Source of the DNA: an uncultured Planctomycetaceae bacterium | GTDB lineage: Bacteria > Planctomycetota > Planctomycetia > Isosphaerales > Isosphaeraceae | Assembly: GCA_963833985.1 (NCBI GenBank) | Contig: CAWIAD010000001.1 | Coordinates: 2,432,001-2,496,000 of the forward strand | Reading direction: 5' to 3' | Length of the DNA stretch: 64,000 nt | Shown: positions 9,618 through 19,629 of the stretch, piece by piece | Layout: each line of letters opens with the position of its first letter | Numbering within the stretch: the first letter of the stretch is position 1 | Notes under the pieces: model-generated | The model's database searches: none | The model's input: the letters and a program-made list of their open reading frames with translations, nothing else | Told to the model about the DNA's origin: nothing | Position numbers and translations under genes: made by a program

Positions 9618-11201
9618 ATGTCACTATTCTCCTCTGAGGAGCGGGGCGATGCCGAGGCGATCGCCGGGATCGCGTTCGGGAACCCCTTCCTGCCCGAGCG
9701 GATCGAGCGGGAGAAAAAGTTACTGGACCGAGAATTCCGAGACACCGGTCCGGTGATCACCTTCCAGCCCGACGCCGGCTACGACGAGCTGTTCCCGAAC
9801 GTCAGGGAGTTGCATCGTCGGGCCGAGAGACTTACCGAGGCATCCCGGCAGCGGCTTGGATCCGGCCAGCATGCGAGCGATGCGGACCTGGCCCTCTACG
9901 AGGATCTCGTCTGCTACGTGCTCTACAATCGCCATGTCAGCCTGGTCCGTGAAGACATCAGGGCGGCGATGGTCAAGGTTGGCTGGAAGGGCCCAGTCGA
10001 GGAGTGGCCGAATTTCCTTGCGAACTTCCGTTACTTCTTCGGACCGTCCGGGGGCTCGCCTCGATCACATCACCAGCCGGAGCATCTTTTCGCGCTCTTG
10101 TTTCAGGTCGCGCGGGCGTTCCATGCGATCTTCGAGTCCATCGTCGGCTCTTCATCGCCCTCGGCCAGGCTCCGCGCAGCCGTCTGGCAATCGATCTTTA
10201 CGCACGACATGCGTCGGTACATGCGGCTGCTTTATCGGCAGATGCCAGACATCCCGACGCTCATCACTGGACCTTCCGGGACCGGCAAGGAGCTTGTCGT
10301 GCGCGCGATCGGGACGTCGGGCTTCATCCCCTTCAAGCCGGGTGAGGAAGGGTTCGGCGCTGACGGATTCAAGAGATACTCCGCGCTGAACCTATCGGCG
10401 CTGTCGCCGGGCCTGATCGAGTCAGAACTCTTCGGGTACGTGCAGGGCTCATTTACCGATGCCCGCAAGGATCGGCCGGGCTGGCTGGAGTCCGGCAGTA
10501 CGCTCGGCGCGATCTTCCTGGACGAGATTGGCGAACTCGACCTGAGCATTCAGGTCAAGCTGCTGCGGGTTCTTCAGAGCAGAGAATTCCATCCAGTCGG
10601 AAGTAAGGAGACGAGGCCCTTCAAGGCCAAGCTGATTGCCGCGACCAATCGCGACCTCGCCACCGAGATGCGCGCCGGCCGCTTCCGCCAGGACTTCTAC
10701 TACCGCCTCTGCGCCGACGCCATCATCACGCCAGGTCTGAGAGAACAGCTCTTGGACAGGCCCGATGACTTGCCTGCCATCGTTCGTTACGTGGTCCGGC
10801 TTCGCGTGTTGCGGTCCGAGGGCGGCAGCGAGATGCCTCCTGCCGACGAGGATGTCAAGACGCTGGTCGAGGAGGTGACCGCGTGGATCAAACGACATCT
10901 CGGCACCTCCTACGCCTGGCCGGGTAATTCTCGCGAGCTCGAGCAGTGCGTGCGCAGCCTGATGATCCGCAGTGAGTATCAGCGCTTAGACGCCACCACG
11001 CAGGCCGATCCGATCGAGTCGTTCCTCCGCGAGGTCCGGGAGGGCTCCCTGTCCCAGTCGGCCCTGCTCGGCAAGTACTACGCCATCGTCCTGGCCCGCA
11101 CCGAGAGCTACGCCGCTGCGGCCCGGCGGCTGGGAAAAAACTACCGGACGGTGCCCGCCCACATCGATCGCGAATTCTACTCGCGGCTCACGCGTCACTG
11201 A
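9618..11201 (+). CDS. Sigma-54 interaction domain (AAA+) transcriptional regulator
   Basis: GPSGTGKE, ESELFG, GSFTDA (GAFTGA variant), FLDEIGE, ATNRDL, WPGNSREL, C-terminal HTH. Confidence 0.9.
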   Translation: MSLFSSEERGDAEAIAGIAFGNPFLPERIEREKKLLDREFRDTGPVITFQPDAGYDELFPNVRELHRRAERLTEASRQRLGSGQHASDADLALYEDLVCYVLYNRHVSLVREDIRAAMVKVGWKGPVEEWPNFLANFRYFFGPSGGSPRSHHQPEHLFALLFQVARAFHAIFESIVGSSSPSARLRAAVWQSIFTHDMRRYMRLLYRQMPDIPTLITGPSGTGKELVVRAIGTSGFIPFKPGEEGFGADGFKRYSALNLSALSPGLIESELFGYVQGSFTDARKDRPGWLESGSTLGAIFLDEIGELDLSIQVKLLRVLQSREFHPVGSKETRPFKAKLIAATNRDLATEMRAGRFRQDFYYRLCADAIITPGLREQLLDRPDDLPAIVRYVVRLRVLRSEGGSEMPPADEDVKTLVEEVTAWIKRHLGTSYAWPGNSRELEQCVRSLMIRSEYQRLDATTQADPIESFLREVREGSLSQSALLGKYYAIVLARTESYAAAARRLGKNYRTVPAHIDREFYSRLTRH

Positions 11202-11336
11202 TCCGCAGACGAGCTCGGTGCAACCCGCGATAGATGCCTATCGCGATCTGGAGCCTTCACACCTTGCGATCGACCGGATACGCGTTAGAATCGGCTGACA
11301 GCTTCATCTCACCATCTCTTCTGCCTTGAGGTACAC

Positions 11337-11951
11337 ATGTCGATGTCAACCGCAGGTTCCGTCACGATCATCATCCGTGCCATCCGTTCGGGTGACCAGT
11401 CCGCAGCGACCCCGCTCTGGGCGCGCTACTTTGAGCGGCTCGCGCGACATGCGAATAAGTTCCTGTGCTGGAATACTCGGCTCATCGACATGGACGAGGA
11501 TGTCGCGCTGCTCGCCCTCAACGACTTCTGCAACGGGCTGTCGGCAGGCAAGTTCGAGGACGTCGATAGCCGCGAGCAACTTTGGAGGTTGCTGGCGAAG
11601 ATCATCGAGCGGAAGGCTTACCGACTTATCAACGAACGCCGCTGGAAACGCGAGCGCCTCTTCACCGACCTTGAGCCTACCGGGTCGCAGGCCGGCGACA
11701 GCCGCACGCCGGTTGTGGTCTTCGAACCTGTCGATCGTTACAAGGAGATTGTCGGCATAGAACTGAACGAGTTGATCGATAGCCTTCCCAATCCCCTCTG
11801 GCGTGAAGCCGTCCGGATGACCCTTGAAGGAGATACGGTGCGAGAGATCGCCGAGAAGCTCCAATACAGTTCCAGCTACGTTCACGTCTGGCTTCGGACC
11901 ATCCGCGCCCTCTGGGAAGAGCAGTACGGGCGGGACAATTTCTTCGGTTGA
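11337..11951 (+). CDS. ECF-type sigma factor (planctomycete, kinase-associated type)
   Basis: GSVT...GDQSAATPLWARYFERL, DEDVAL, REQLWRLL; region 4 EGDTVREIAEKL. Confidence 0.88.
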   Translation: MSMSTAGSVTIIIRAIRSGDQSAATPLWARYFERLARHANKFLCWNTRLIDMDEDVALLALNDFCNGLSAGKFEDVDSREQLWRLLAKIIERKAYRLINERRWKRERLFTDLEPTGSQAGDSRTPVVVFEPVDRYKEIVGIELNELIDSLPNPLWREAVRMTLEGDTVREIAEKLQYSSSYVHVWLRTIRALWEEQYGRDNFFG

Positions 11952-12046
11952 TGTCATTTCACAAAATGCCGCTTTCCCGACATACAGAAGAAGGGAGCCC
12001 GTCGGGGCCCTCGATCATCCTTCTTACGGTTTTCGGATCCTGGACC

Positions 12047-14785
12047 ATGACGTCAGAGCAAGCGATCCGGCTTTGCGAGGCGTGTGAGCGATTCGAATGG
12101 GAGACGATCAGAGGCGGGTTACCTCGGATCGAAAAGTATCTGGAAAGAGCCCCCGCCGAGGACCGGCCGCAGCTCCTGGAGGATCTGCTCGGCATTGAGC
12201 TGGAGCGGCGAATCGGCGCGCGGGAAACACCCCATCCGGAAGACTACGCCGCGCGGTTTCCGGACCATCGGGATCTGATCGAGCTTCTCATTCATAAGGC
12301 GAGGGCGGAAGTGCCGGAACCACGTCAGTCTGTCGGGCCCTACGTCCTCCTCGAGGAGATCGGCCGGGGGCGTCAAGGAGTTGTCTACCGAGCTCGCAAG
12401 GCGGGGCCAGCCAACCACGATGTGGCACTCAAGGTCATGACCGCGGGGATGATCGGCAGCCGCGACGCCGCCGTCCGCTTCGTCAATTCAATCCAGCGTC
12501 ACGCTGGCGTCCACCACCCCCATATCGTCCCTTACCTCGATTCGGGAGACGACTGCGGCCGCCTCTACTACGTCATGCGGCTTATGCCCTTAACGCTGGC
12601 GAAACGCGCGGGGCCGATGGACCCAGTCGAGGCCGTCGAGCTGATGATCAAGCTCGTCGAGGCCGTCCATCACCTGCACTCCGAGCCGGTCCCGATACTT
12701 CACAACGACCTGAAACCAGGGAACATCCTGCTTGATGACAAAGGAGAGCCCTACATCGCCGATTTCGGCTTGGCCGTGCTGCTCGACGGCGAGGGTGAGC
12801 TCGACGGGGTCGTCGGGACGGTGCCCTACATCGCGCCCGAGAAGCTGGACCACAGGTTCGGCGAGGTCGGCCCGGCCAGCGATATCTACAGCCTCGGCGT
12901 GATCTTCTACGAGCTACTTACAGGCCGGTTGCCCTTCCCGCATGCTCACGGATCAATCCTCGCAACCATCGAGCGCGAGCCCATCCCGCCCGGCCGAATC
13001 CAGAAGGGAATCCCTACCAACCTCGAGAGTGTCTGCCTCCGGTGCCTCTGCAAGAAAACAGAGACGCGGTACGCGTCGGCCGACGAGTTGCTGATGCATC
13101 TCCGCGCCTGCAGATTAGGAGAAGGTCCAATTCCACCCGAACGCTTCCTCCCCCGCCTCTTGGACTGGGCCCGCCGCGAGCCCGCTCTCGCGGCGCGAGT
13201 CATCGTGATCATCCTCGCCTCTGGCATCATCTGGGGCGGCCGGCTGATCATGGGAAGATACGCGGTGCTGGCGCCGGACCATTGGGCTCAGGATCCCGTG
13301 ACCCGGTGGCTGCTGAGTCCGTTCGGTTCTGCCGAGCGTGCCCTCGTCTGGTTGACTCAACTGACGCTGGTCGCCTGGGCCCTCGCGTCCTGGGGGTTCC
13401 AGCGTCAGCTCAATCGGTGGCACAACGAGGGCGGCCTTCAGCTTGGCTGGCGCGCCGTGGACGTCACGGCCATCTCGCTCATCATCCTGTTCGACGACGC
13501 GCTCATGAGCCCCCTGACAATTGCCTTCGCGGTCCTCATCGCCGCGTCCGCCCTCTGGGCGTGGCCGGAACAGATCGTCCAGACGACACTCATTTCCATG
13601 GGAGGGTTCAGCATGCTCGCGTTCCTTTATCACTTCAGCCATCCTGACGATCGTCCATATCGGCATTTCCACTACCTGGTGTGTCTGGCCTCGCTGGGCC
13701 TGATCTTGGTCCACCAGGCCAGGCGTACCAGAGCCCTCCTGCGAATCTGCGGAGCGAAAAAGCCTGGTGGACCGGAATTCAATCCCGGATCGCTCAGAGC
13801 GGGGGTCGAGGCGGCGTCGAGCGGTCGCCCCCGCTGCGTCCGCGGGCTGACTTCATGGCTAAGGACCCTGTGGACAAGGGAGATTGGAACGGCTATTCTC
13901 CTTTCGGTGTTGGCTTTCGTTGGCATCTCAGCCCTGGCCGCGCATCTTGCGACCACTCCCATACGCTTTCCTCTGGACAAAGAGAAGTCACCCGGAAACC
14001 TTGGACTCGATTTCGAGAAGGTCACACTGAAAGCGCGAGGCGATGGTCTCGAGATCGCCGGCTGGTTCATTCCCTCCAGCACCAAGCGCAGGGCCATCAT
14101 CCTGGTTCATGGCAAGGATGCAAATCGCACCCGTGAATTCGATCGAGATCTGAACGACAAGCACCCGGGGGAGTTTCCCGACCTCGCAGTGTCGCTCTGT
14201 CGCGGAGGATTCTCGGTCCTGATGATCGACCTAAGGGGGCATGGGGAGAGTGGTCCCTCTCGCTTTGGCTTCGGACTGACGGAGCGGCGAGACGTGCTTG
14301 GTGCTGTGGACTGGCTGGTCGACCGCGGTTTCTCCGCTGGCCGAATCGGAGTACTGGGAGTGTCGATGGGAGCGGCGGCGGTCATCGGAGCGGCCGCGGA
14401 AGACAATCGCATTGGCGCCGCGGTTGCAGACAGCAGCTACGCTGAAATCACTTCGATCATTGAAACACAATGGTCCTCCACGACTCATCTGCCGTCAATC
14501 CTGTTGCTGCCAACAAAGTGGTTCGCGAAGCAAGTGTTCGACTGCGACCTTGACTCAGTCCGGCCCGTGGACGAGATCGGGTCGATTCGACGGCCCATCC
14601 TGCTGATCCACGGAGAAACGGACCCATTAACGCCACCGGAACACGCCAGGCGGCTCGAAGAGGCGGCAAAGCCTTGGGCGGAACTCTGGTTGGTGCGTTC
14701 CGAACGACATGCCGGTGTGTATCTCGACGATCCGCGAGCTTACGTTGAGAAGGTGAGCGACTTCTTCAATCGTTCCATGAAGTGA
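12047..14785 (+). CDS. Ser/Thr protein kinase with multi-TM region fused to a C-terminal alpha/beta hydrolase
   Basis: IGRGRQGVVY, VALK, HNDLKPGN, DFG, APE, SDIYSLG; TM helices; hydrolase HG, GVSMG, HGETD, ERH. Confidence 0.88.
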   Translation: MTSEQAIRLCEACERFEWETIRGGLPRIEKYLERAPAEDRPQLLEDLLGIELERRIGARETPHPEDYAARFPDHRDLIELLIHKARAEVPEPRQSVGPYVLLEEIGRGRQGVVYRARKAGPANHDVALKVMTAGMIGSRDAAVRFVNSIQRHAGVHHPHIVPYLDSGDDCGRLYYVMRLMPLTLAKRAGPMDPVEAVELMIKLVEAVHHLHSEPVPILHNDLKPGNILLDDKGEPYIADFGLAVLLDGEGELDGVVGTVPYIAPEKLDHRFGEVGPASDIYSLGVIFYELLTGRLPFPHAHGSILATIEREPIPPGRIQKGIPTNLESVCLRCLCKKTETRYASADELLMHLRACRLGEGPIPPERFLPRLLDWARREPALAARVIVIILASGIIWGGRLIMGRYAVLAPDHWAQDPVTRWLLSPFGSAERALVWLTQLTLVAWALASWGFQRQLNRWHNEGGLQLGWRAVDVTAISLIILFDDALMSPLTIAFAVLIAASALWAWPEQIVQTTLISMGGFSMLAFLYHFSHPDDRPYRHFHYLVCLASLGLILVHQARRTRALLRICGAKKPGGPEFNPGSLRAGVEAASSGRPRCVRGLTSWLRTLWTREIGTAILLSVLAFVGISALAAHLATTPIRFPLDKEKSPGNLGLDFEKVTLKARGDGLEIAGWFIPSSTKRRAIILVHGKDANRTREFDRDLNDKHPGEFPDLAVSLCRGGFSVLMIDLRGHGESGPSRFGFGLTERRDVLGAVDWLVDRGFSAGRIGVLGVSMGAAAVIGAAAEDNRIGAAVADSSYAEITSIIETQWSSTTHLPSILLLPTKWFAKQVFDCDLDSVRPVDEIGSIRRPILLIHGETDPLTPPEHARRLEEAAKPWAELWLVRSERHAGVYLDDPRAYVEKVSDFFNRSMK

Positions 14786-14809
14786 CCGTTCCTCCCTTTT
14801 GGAGTACGG

Positions 14810-15256
14810 TCATTCCCTATGCCGACCGGAACGCGATGCTTCGAAGCCGAGCGCGGCCCCGGCGAGCGCATACTGCGTGAGACCCTGGAGCAACCAGCAA
14901 GCGATGATCGAGCGGGGAATCGCGATTGACGCGAAGCATAGCAAGTAAACAGGAAAGGCGCCGACGATGAAGAGCACGGCCCCGAAGCGAGCACCTGCGA
15001 GGGGCGATCGCGTTCGCGGTTCGAGAACGGAGAGAAGCCACGAGAAGACCAGACCGAACCAAAACGGGTGGACGATCATGTAGAGGAGGGTCCAGCCGCC
15101 CCATGGACGGAACACAGGCGGGGCAAACAGGTCGGCAATCCACGGGGCGAGGATCGGAAGCAGTGCGTGGAATCCGGCACCGACCGCGAACATGATTGTA
15201 CCGGCCATAAGACCGCGGGCGAGGATCCGGTCGGGGCGGGGCGCGTTGTCTGCCAT
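14810..15256 (-). CDS. Four-helix membrane protein
   Basis: Four hydrophobic segments; AAGGAG RBS upstream. Confidence 0.65.
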   Translation of the reverse strand: MADNAPRPDRILARGLMAGTIMFAVGAGFHALLPILAPWIADLFAPPVFRPWGGWTLLYMIVHPFWFGLVFSWLLSVLEPRTRSPLAGARFGAVLFIVGAFPVYLLCFASIAIPRSIIACWLLQGLTQYALAGAALGFEASRSGRHRE

Positions 15257-15322
15257 CGAAGGGTCTCCTTGTCGGGGCTTTTACCGTTCGCGGGTCTCAC
15301 GACCTCGCGAGCATAATGGGGC

Positions 15323-16009
15323 TTATTCCCCGGGCTTCAGGACCAGCGTCGCCACAGCCGAACCGGGAAGCAAGGGCGAGGACTGGCCGAGAACCCACTC
15401 GGCGTGTCCCTCGCGATAGAACGGCGAGAGCGGGTGGCCCGACTGGCCGCCGGGCATGTGAAAGATCCCTCGCTCCTCGAGTCCCGGCGAGACGACCATC
15501 CTTTCGGATGCACCGAAATCCGGCCCCTGGATCCGGGGCATGTCAGACCATCCGCCGGGAAGTTTGTCGGCTGGCATGTCCAGCCAACGGGCCAACCACG
15601 GGACACCTTCACTGAGAGGGTGCCTGATCCTCGCCGTATTGGTCAGTCCCCACGCTCTTCCGGCCAAGGTCGAACCATCGGCCGATTCCTGAAGCAGCAT
15701 CGCGTCGACCACAGCCCGCAGAAGTTCGTCCCAGGACCGATACCTCGGGTCGAGCAGATGAGCGGGACGCCCGCTCACCAAAGCCCAGGCGGGGCCCTCC
15801 AGTGTGTGAAGGTCGCGGAGGCGGAATTCCTTGTCGGCGGCCCGACATCGGGCCGTCAAGGGAGCGAGCACCTCACGGACCGTCCTCAATCGGAACTCCC
15901 AGACCATCCGGTAACCGATCGAATTCACTGACGCCCTTCCGCCCCAGTTCACGACTCGGTCGCGCAGAGCCCGCCGCCTCGGGTCTGCCGCGACGAATTG
16001 CGGAGTCAA
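15323..16009 (-). pseudogene. C-terminal fragment of a penicillin acylase family (Ntn hydrolase) protein
   Basis: GASERMVVSPG and HMPGGQSGHPLSPFY motifs, but only 228 aa; the N-terminal part is absent and the tandem repeat begins there. Confidence 0.8.
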
Positions 16010-16021
16010 GGTGCCGAGAAA

Positions 16022-16147
16022 AGAAAACGGTGTCAGTTCATTTAAAAAGAAAACGGTGTCAGTTCATTTAAGAAAACGGTGTCAGTTCATTTAAAAAAGA
16101 AAACGGTGTCAGTTCATTTAAAAAAGAAAACGGTGTCAGTTCATTTA
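16022..16147. repeat. Five tandem copies of AGAAAACGGTGTCAGTTCATTTA separated by 0-4 extra A's, plus a degenerate copy near 16173-16187
   Basis: Read directly: copies at 16022, 16048, 16071, 16098, 16125. Confidence 0.95.
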
Positions 16148-16460
16148 AAGCGGGAAGTCTGAGGCGGAATCAGGGTCAGTTCATTTGAAGTGCCAATAAA
16201 TTAAATAACAAAAGTTTCCCATCTTATAAATGAAATGACAAAAGTATCGAACAGGTTTCCCATCAGGCTGAAATCACGAGAAACAAAGCTTGACACCGAG
16301 CGCCCACGCCCACGAAGCGCCCAAAGCCTTGCCACCGCGAAGCGCCCATTGCTCCGCCAACGGCTACCAGCCTAGAATCAAAGGTAGTCGCAAAACGGGG
16401 CGGCATGGCGATTGTGTCGCTTTCGTTCCAGAGACTTTGATCGGCTCGGGAGGATGACCC

Positions 16461-16721
16461 ATGACCACGGCGACCGGAAGGATTTTCAAGCAAGCTGATC
16501 GTCAGGGCGGCGACGCCTGCGTCCATGGCACGCGCATTCCGGTTTGGGTTCTGGACAATTGTCGCCGTCTGGGTATGCCCGATGCCCAAATCCTGTCGAC
16601 CTACCCTTCGCTGACTCCCCCCGACCTAGAAGCCGCCTGGGATTACGTCGCAGCCAACCGGGAAGAGATCGAGCAGGCCATCCGCGAAAACGAAGAGGGC
16701 GACAACGGCCCCGTGGAGTAA
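16461..16721 (+). CDS. DUF433 family antitoxin
   Basis: GGDACVHGTRIPV...ILSTYPSLTPPDLEAAWDY. Confidence 0.9.
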   Translation: MTTATGRIFKQADRQGGDACVHGTRIPVWVLDNCRRLGMPDAQILSTYPSLTPPDLEAAWDYVAANREEIEQAIRENEEGDNGPVE

Positions 16722-16727
16722 CAGCGG

Positions 16728-17054
16728 ATGCTGCTCTACGCGGACGAGGACTTCGCTTTTCCTGCGGTCGAGGAACTTCGAGTACGGGGTCACGACGTGC
16801 TAACGGCCCAGGAAGACGGTCAAACGGCTATGCCGGATGCTGTCATTCTGGCCCGCGCCTATACGCTAGGACGTGTCGTCTTGACTCACAATCGACGCCA
16901 CTACGTGCACCTGCATCATCGAGGGGCGGCGCACGTCGGTATCCTGACCGCATCGCAGGATTCCGATCACCTGGCCCTGGCCAGTCGGATCGACGGAACG
17001 CTTGCGAGCCTATCTCCTGGCCGATGGTGCTACCGTGTGAATCGACGGCCGTGA
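16728..17054 (+). CDS. DUF5615 PIN-like toxin
   Basis: LYADEDF...GHDV...D...RVVLTHNRRHY; directly follows DUF433. Confidence 0.88.
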   Translation: MLLYADEDFAFPAVEELRVRGHDVLTAQEDGQTAMPDAVILARAYTLGRVVLTHNRRHYVHLHHRGAAHVGILTASQDSDHLALASRIDGTLASLSPGRWCYRVNRRP

Positions 17055-17060
17055 GTTTGA

Positions 17061-17131
17061 AGTACCGAAGGTGGGACTTGAACCCACACGGGTGTTACCC
17101 CACCGGATTTTGAGTCCGGTGCTTCTGCCAT
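17061..17131. repeat. att site: duplicate of the 3' part of tRNA-Leu (left boundary of the element)
   Basis: 17061-17119 is identical to 63232-63290 (59 bp); extends to 71 bp with 2 mismatches. Confidence 0.96.
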
Positions 17132-17246
17132 ATAGTTAGTACTGGAAACACGTTGCTGTGATGCTTAAAGTCTTTGATTGCAAGGCAGTTACGATACTGC
17201 CCTGACTCGGGCAGATTGTAGCCGCATTGAGCTGATGTCGCCAGTC

Positions 17247-17266
17247 CTGTTCCCATTTTGTTCCCA
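17247..17266. promoter_or_regulatory. Putative integrase arm-type sites (TGTTCCCA x2)
   Basis: CTGTTCCCATTTTGTTCCCA, matching 63171-63190 at the other end at 19/20. Confidence 0.7.
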
Positions 17267-17781
17267 AAATGCCCTCGCGGCCAGGCGTAGCGTACGGGTA
17301 AGATCTCTTCGGTCCAGGGATGCGGCAGTCCGCCACTCTGCTTGCTTGAGATGATCAAAATGAACTATATTCATTAATTTGCATCGTGCGACGAGTGCCC
17401 CCGCGTGGGCGGCGGGAATTGCACCAGTGGCCTTGTTTCCACAACTCATTGTCCGAATTGCGGTTACGACATTACACCTGGTGGCTGGCCGGAACATGGC
17501 CGGGAGGAAGAGGCACTCCGAGAGCTTGTCTCAAACTGGCACCGTCTGACTCCTTCGCTCCGGACCGCCATCCTGAATCTGTCGCGGGGCGATTGATAAT
17601 CCATCCCTTTTCTCGGCGGAGTCCGAAGCCGGGTTGCTGGGTTGCGGAGGATGTTGCGAGACGGAATGCCTATTTTGCTATGATCTTGTCCTGCACGCCC
17701 TCGATGTCACACGATTACAAAAGAGCTCGTCGGCTTGTTTGAATTCTTTCGTCAACGCCGAGGATACGGGCGTTTGAGGTG

Positions 17782-18468
17782 TCAGTAGTCATAGCTAATA
17801 GGAACACGCGGCCTTAACCGGTCCTCGGCGAGTTGTCGTACTTCGTCTTCCATGTGTGCGCACAATCCAAGTTCATCAAGTCGATCGAGTAACTCCGCTT
17901 GTTCCAGGAGAAGAATGTCTTCGATTGTGAATTTCGGCAGTTCGTCATCGTCTGGATCGAACGAGCTCTCTGGAAAGATTCTAAGGATATCGACAAAGCG
18001 CATGAGGGGGTGCTTTAGCCATTCCTCGAGGAGTGTGGTACGTAACGAAAGTCGAAACCGCGCTAGAGGAGAAAGTTCGGGGTATAGAGAATCGACAGTT
18101 ATCCCGACGTTAGCATCGATTTGTTCATCTTCGTAACAGGGCAAACCGCGAATTACCTGTTCAAAAAGCTGCGTCAAGGGAAAGTGATCGCTGTTGTAGA
18201 GCGGCTTAAGCAACTCGATGGCCCGGTTCGCACGGGTGGGGTCGTCATATTCGATCCAGTAGGTTTCTGTGTCAACGCGAGGGGCTGGCCCCATTGTGAG
18301 TACGAAATACGGTTCACTGCACTGTATGCGGATGAATTCAGCGAACCCCGGCAACCCGTTTGCTTCTAACCAATCGGAATAGTCGAGCCGCAGGCGGTCG
18401 TTGCGAGGATCGTCGTGGATGGCATGCAGAAGAGCGAGCTCCTCTGTTGAGAATGGTTGCTTCGGCAC
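17782..18468 (-). CDS. TIGR02996 repeat-companion domain protein
   Basis: LLHAIHDDPRNDRLRLDYSDWLEANG...AEFIRIQC. Confidence 0.85.
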   Translation of the reverse strand: MPKQPFSTEELALLHAIHDDPRNDRLRLDYSDWLEANGLPGFAEFIRIQCSEPYFVLTMGPAPRVDTETYWIEYDDPTRANRAIELLKPLYNSDHFPLTQLFEQVIRGLPCYEDEQIDANVGITVDSLYPELSPLARFRLSLRTTLLEEWLKHPLMRFVDILRIFPESSFDPDDDELPKFTIEDILLLEQAELLDRLDELGLCAHMEDEVRQLAEDRLRPRVPISYDY

Positions 18469-18713
18469 GACAGCCTCCTCATCGAACGAACACCAAGCAC
18501 CGCAGTACGTTTACGCTTCCGATGCGCCACCTTCGCATTTGACGGTGTCCACATTCAGGCCTACGTCGTCGGCGATGACTTCGATGCACGCGTTAGTTCG
18601 CAAAACAGGAAGTCAAGGGGGCAGCCATTTGAAAACCAATGGCCTAGACCGTAGACTGACGGCCAGGGTCATTCTGCGAGCCGATTTGGGTCGCACTGGG
18701 CAAGGAGCTTCGC

Positions 18714-19124
18714 TTGTCGAGCGTAGGCGAGAGAATCAAGCAAAGGCGACAGGAACTCGGCTGGACGCAAGATCAAGTCTGCTCGAAAGCCGGGTTGTCC
18801 ACAAGCTTTTTGTCTGAACTTGAAAGCGGCAAGCGGAGCGTCAGCGCCACGAACCTGCTAAACATCGCCCGTACTCTGAGCGTGTCCCTTGATTACCTGA
18901 TGACTGGCAAGGCAAGCGAGGAAAAGGCTGCCGAGGTTCCCGTACCGGCGTCCTTGGCGAGGTTCGCTACCGAGGAACGGTTGTCGTTCAGCCAGACGTT
19001 AATCCTACTCGACATGCAGAAGCAGATTCTCTCCCGCCGCAGCGTCAAGAAGAAGGATGACCTGGAGTCGGTGGACTGGCGGAAGTTCTATGAAGGCGTG
19101 AAAGAATTCGTTGAAAACGAATGA
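18714..19124 (+). CDS. XRE-family HTH regulator at the head of the BREX operon
   Basis: VGERIKQRRQELGWTQDQV...STSFLSELESGKR; TTG start with AAGGAG RBS. Confidence 0.88.
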   Translation: MSSVGERIKQRRQELGWTQDQVCSKAGLSTSFLSELESGKRSVSATNLLNIARTLSVSLDYLMTGKASEEKAAEVPVPASLARFATEERLSFSQTLILLDMQKQILSRRSVKKKDDLESVDWRKFYEGVKEFVENE

Positions 19125-19133
19125 ATCGAGATC

Positions 19134-19613
19134 ATGACCGAGGCCACGACAAAACTTGAGGAGGCGATCCAGCAGGCAACGAGCCAGTATTACCGGCTCG
19201 TCGTCCTGGCCGGCGTGCCGGGCTCCGGTAAGACCGCCGCCTTGCAGGCCGTGGCGCAAAAGCTCGGTTGCCCGCTGGTTAACGTCAACCTGGAATTGAG
19301 CAAGTCGATGCTCGAACTGACTCGGACGCAACGGTCTCGTCAGGTCGAGCGGCTGCTCAAGGAAGTAATCGCCGCCGCATCCGGCGACGTGGTCCTCCTG
19401 GACAATCTGGAGATTCTGTTCGACACCTCCCTCGAAGTGGAACCACTTCGCCTGCTCCAGCTCATCAGTCGCAATCGCACGATCGTCGCCTCGTGGAACG
19501 GCAACTTTCAGGTCGGGACATTGACCTACGCCGAACCTGGTCATCCCGAGTTCATCCAGTTCAAGCAGACAGACGCCGTCGTCATCCCGATCGGCACGAG
19601 CGCCAACCACTGA
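19134..19613 (+). CDS. brxF: BREX type 3 P-loop protein BrxF
   Basis: Walker A GVPGSGKT, LLDNLEILFD, LTYAEPGHPE; sits before brxC. Confidence 0.88.
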   Translation: MTEATTKLEEAIQQATSQYYRLVVLAGVPGSGKTAALQAVAQKLGCPLVNVNLELSKSMLELTRTQRSRQVERLLKEVIAAASGDVVLLDNLEILFDTSLEVEPLRLLQLISRNRTIVASWNGNFQVGTLTYAEPGHPEFIQFKQTDAVVIPIGTSANH

Positions 19614-19629
19614 GAGGGTTCACTTCGCC

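Noticed and set aside
16022..16147. CRISPR array
   Set aside because: Repeats are separated only by 0-4 A's, with no unique spacers and no cas genes
17061..17131. Second functional tRNA-Leu
   Set aside because: Lacks the 5' acceptor strand and part of the D-arm; it is the att duplication
17405..17596. Small CPNC-containing ORF near the left att
   Set aside because: Short, no clear RBS, possibly a remnant; not enough support
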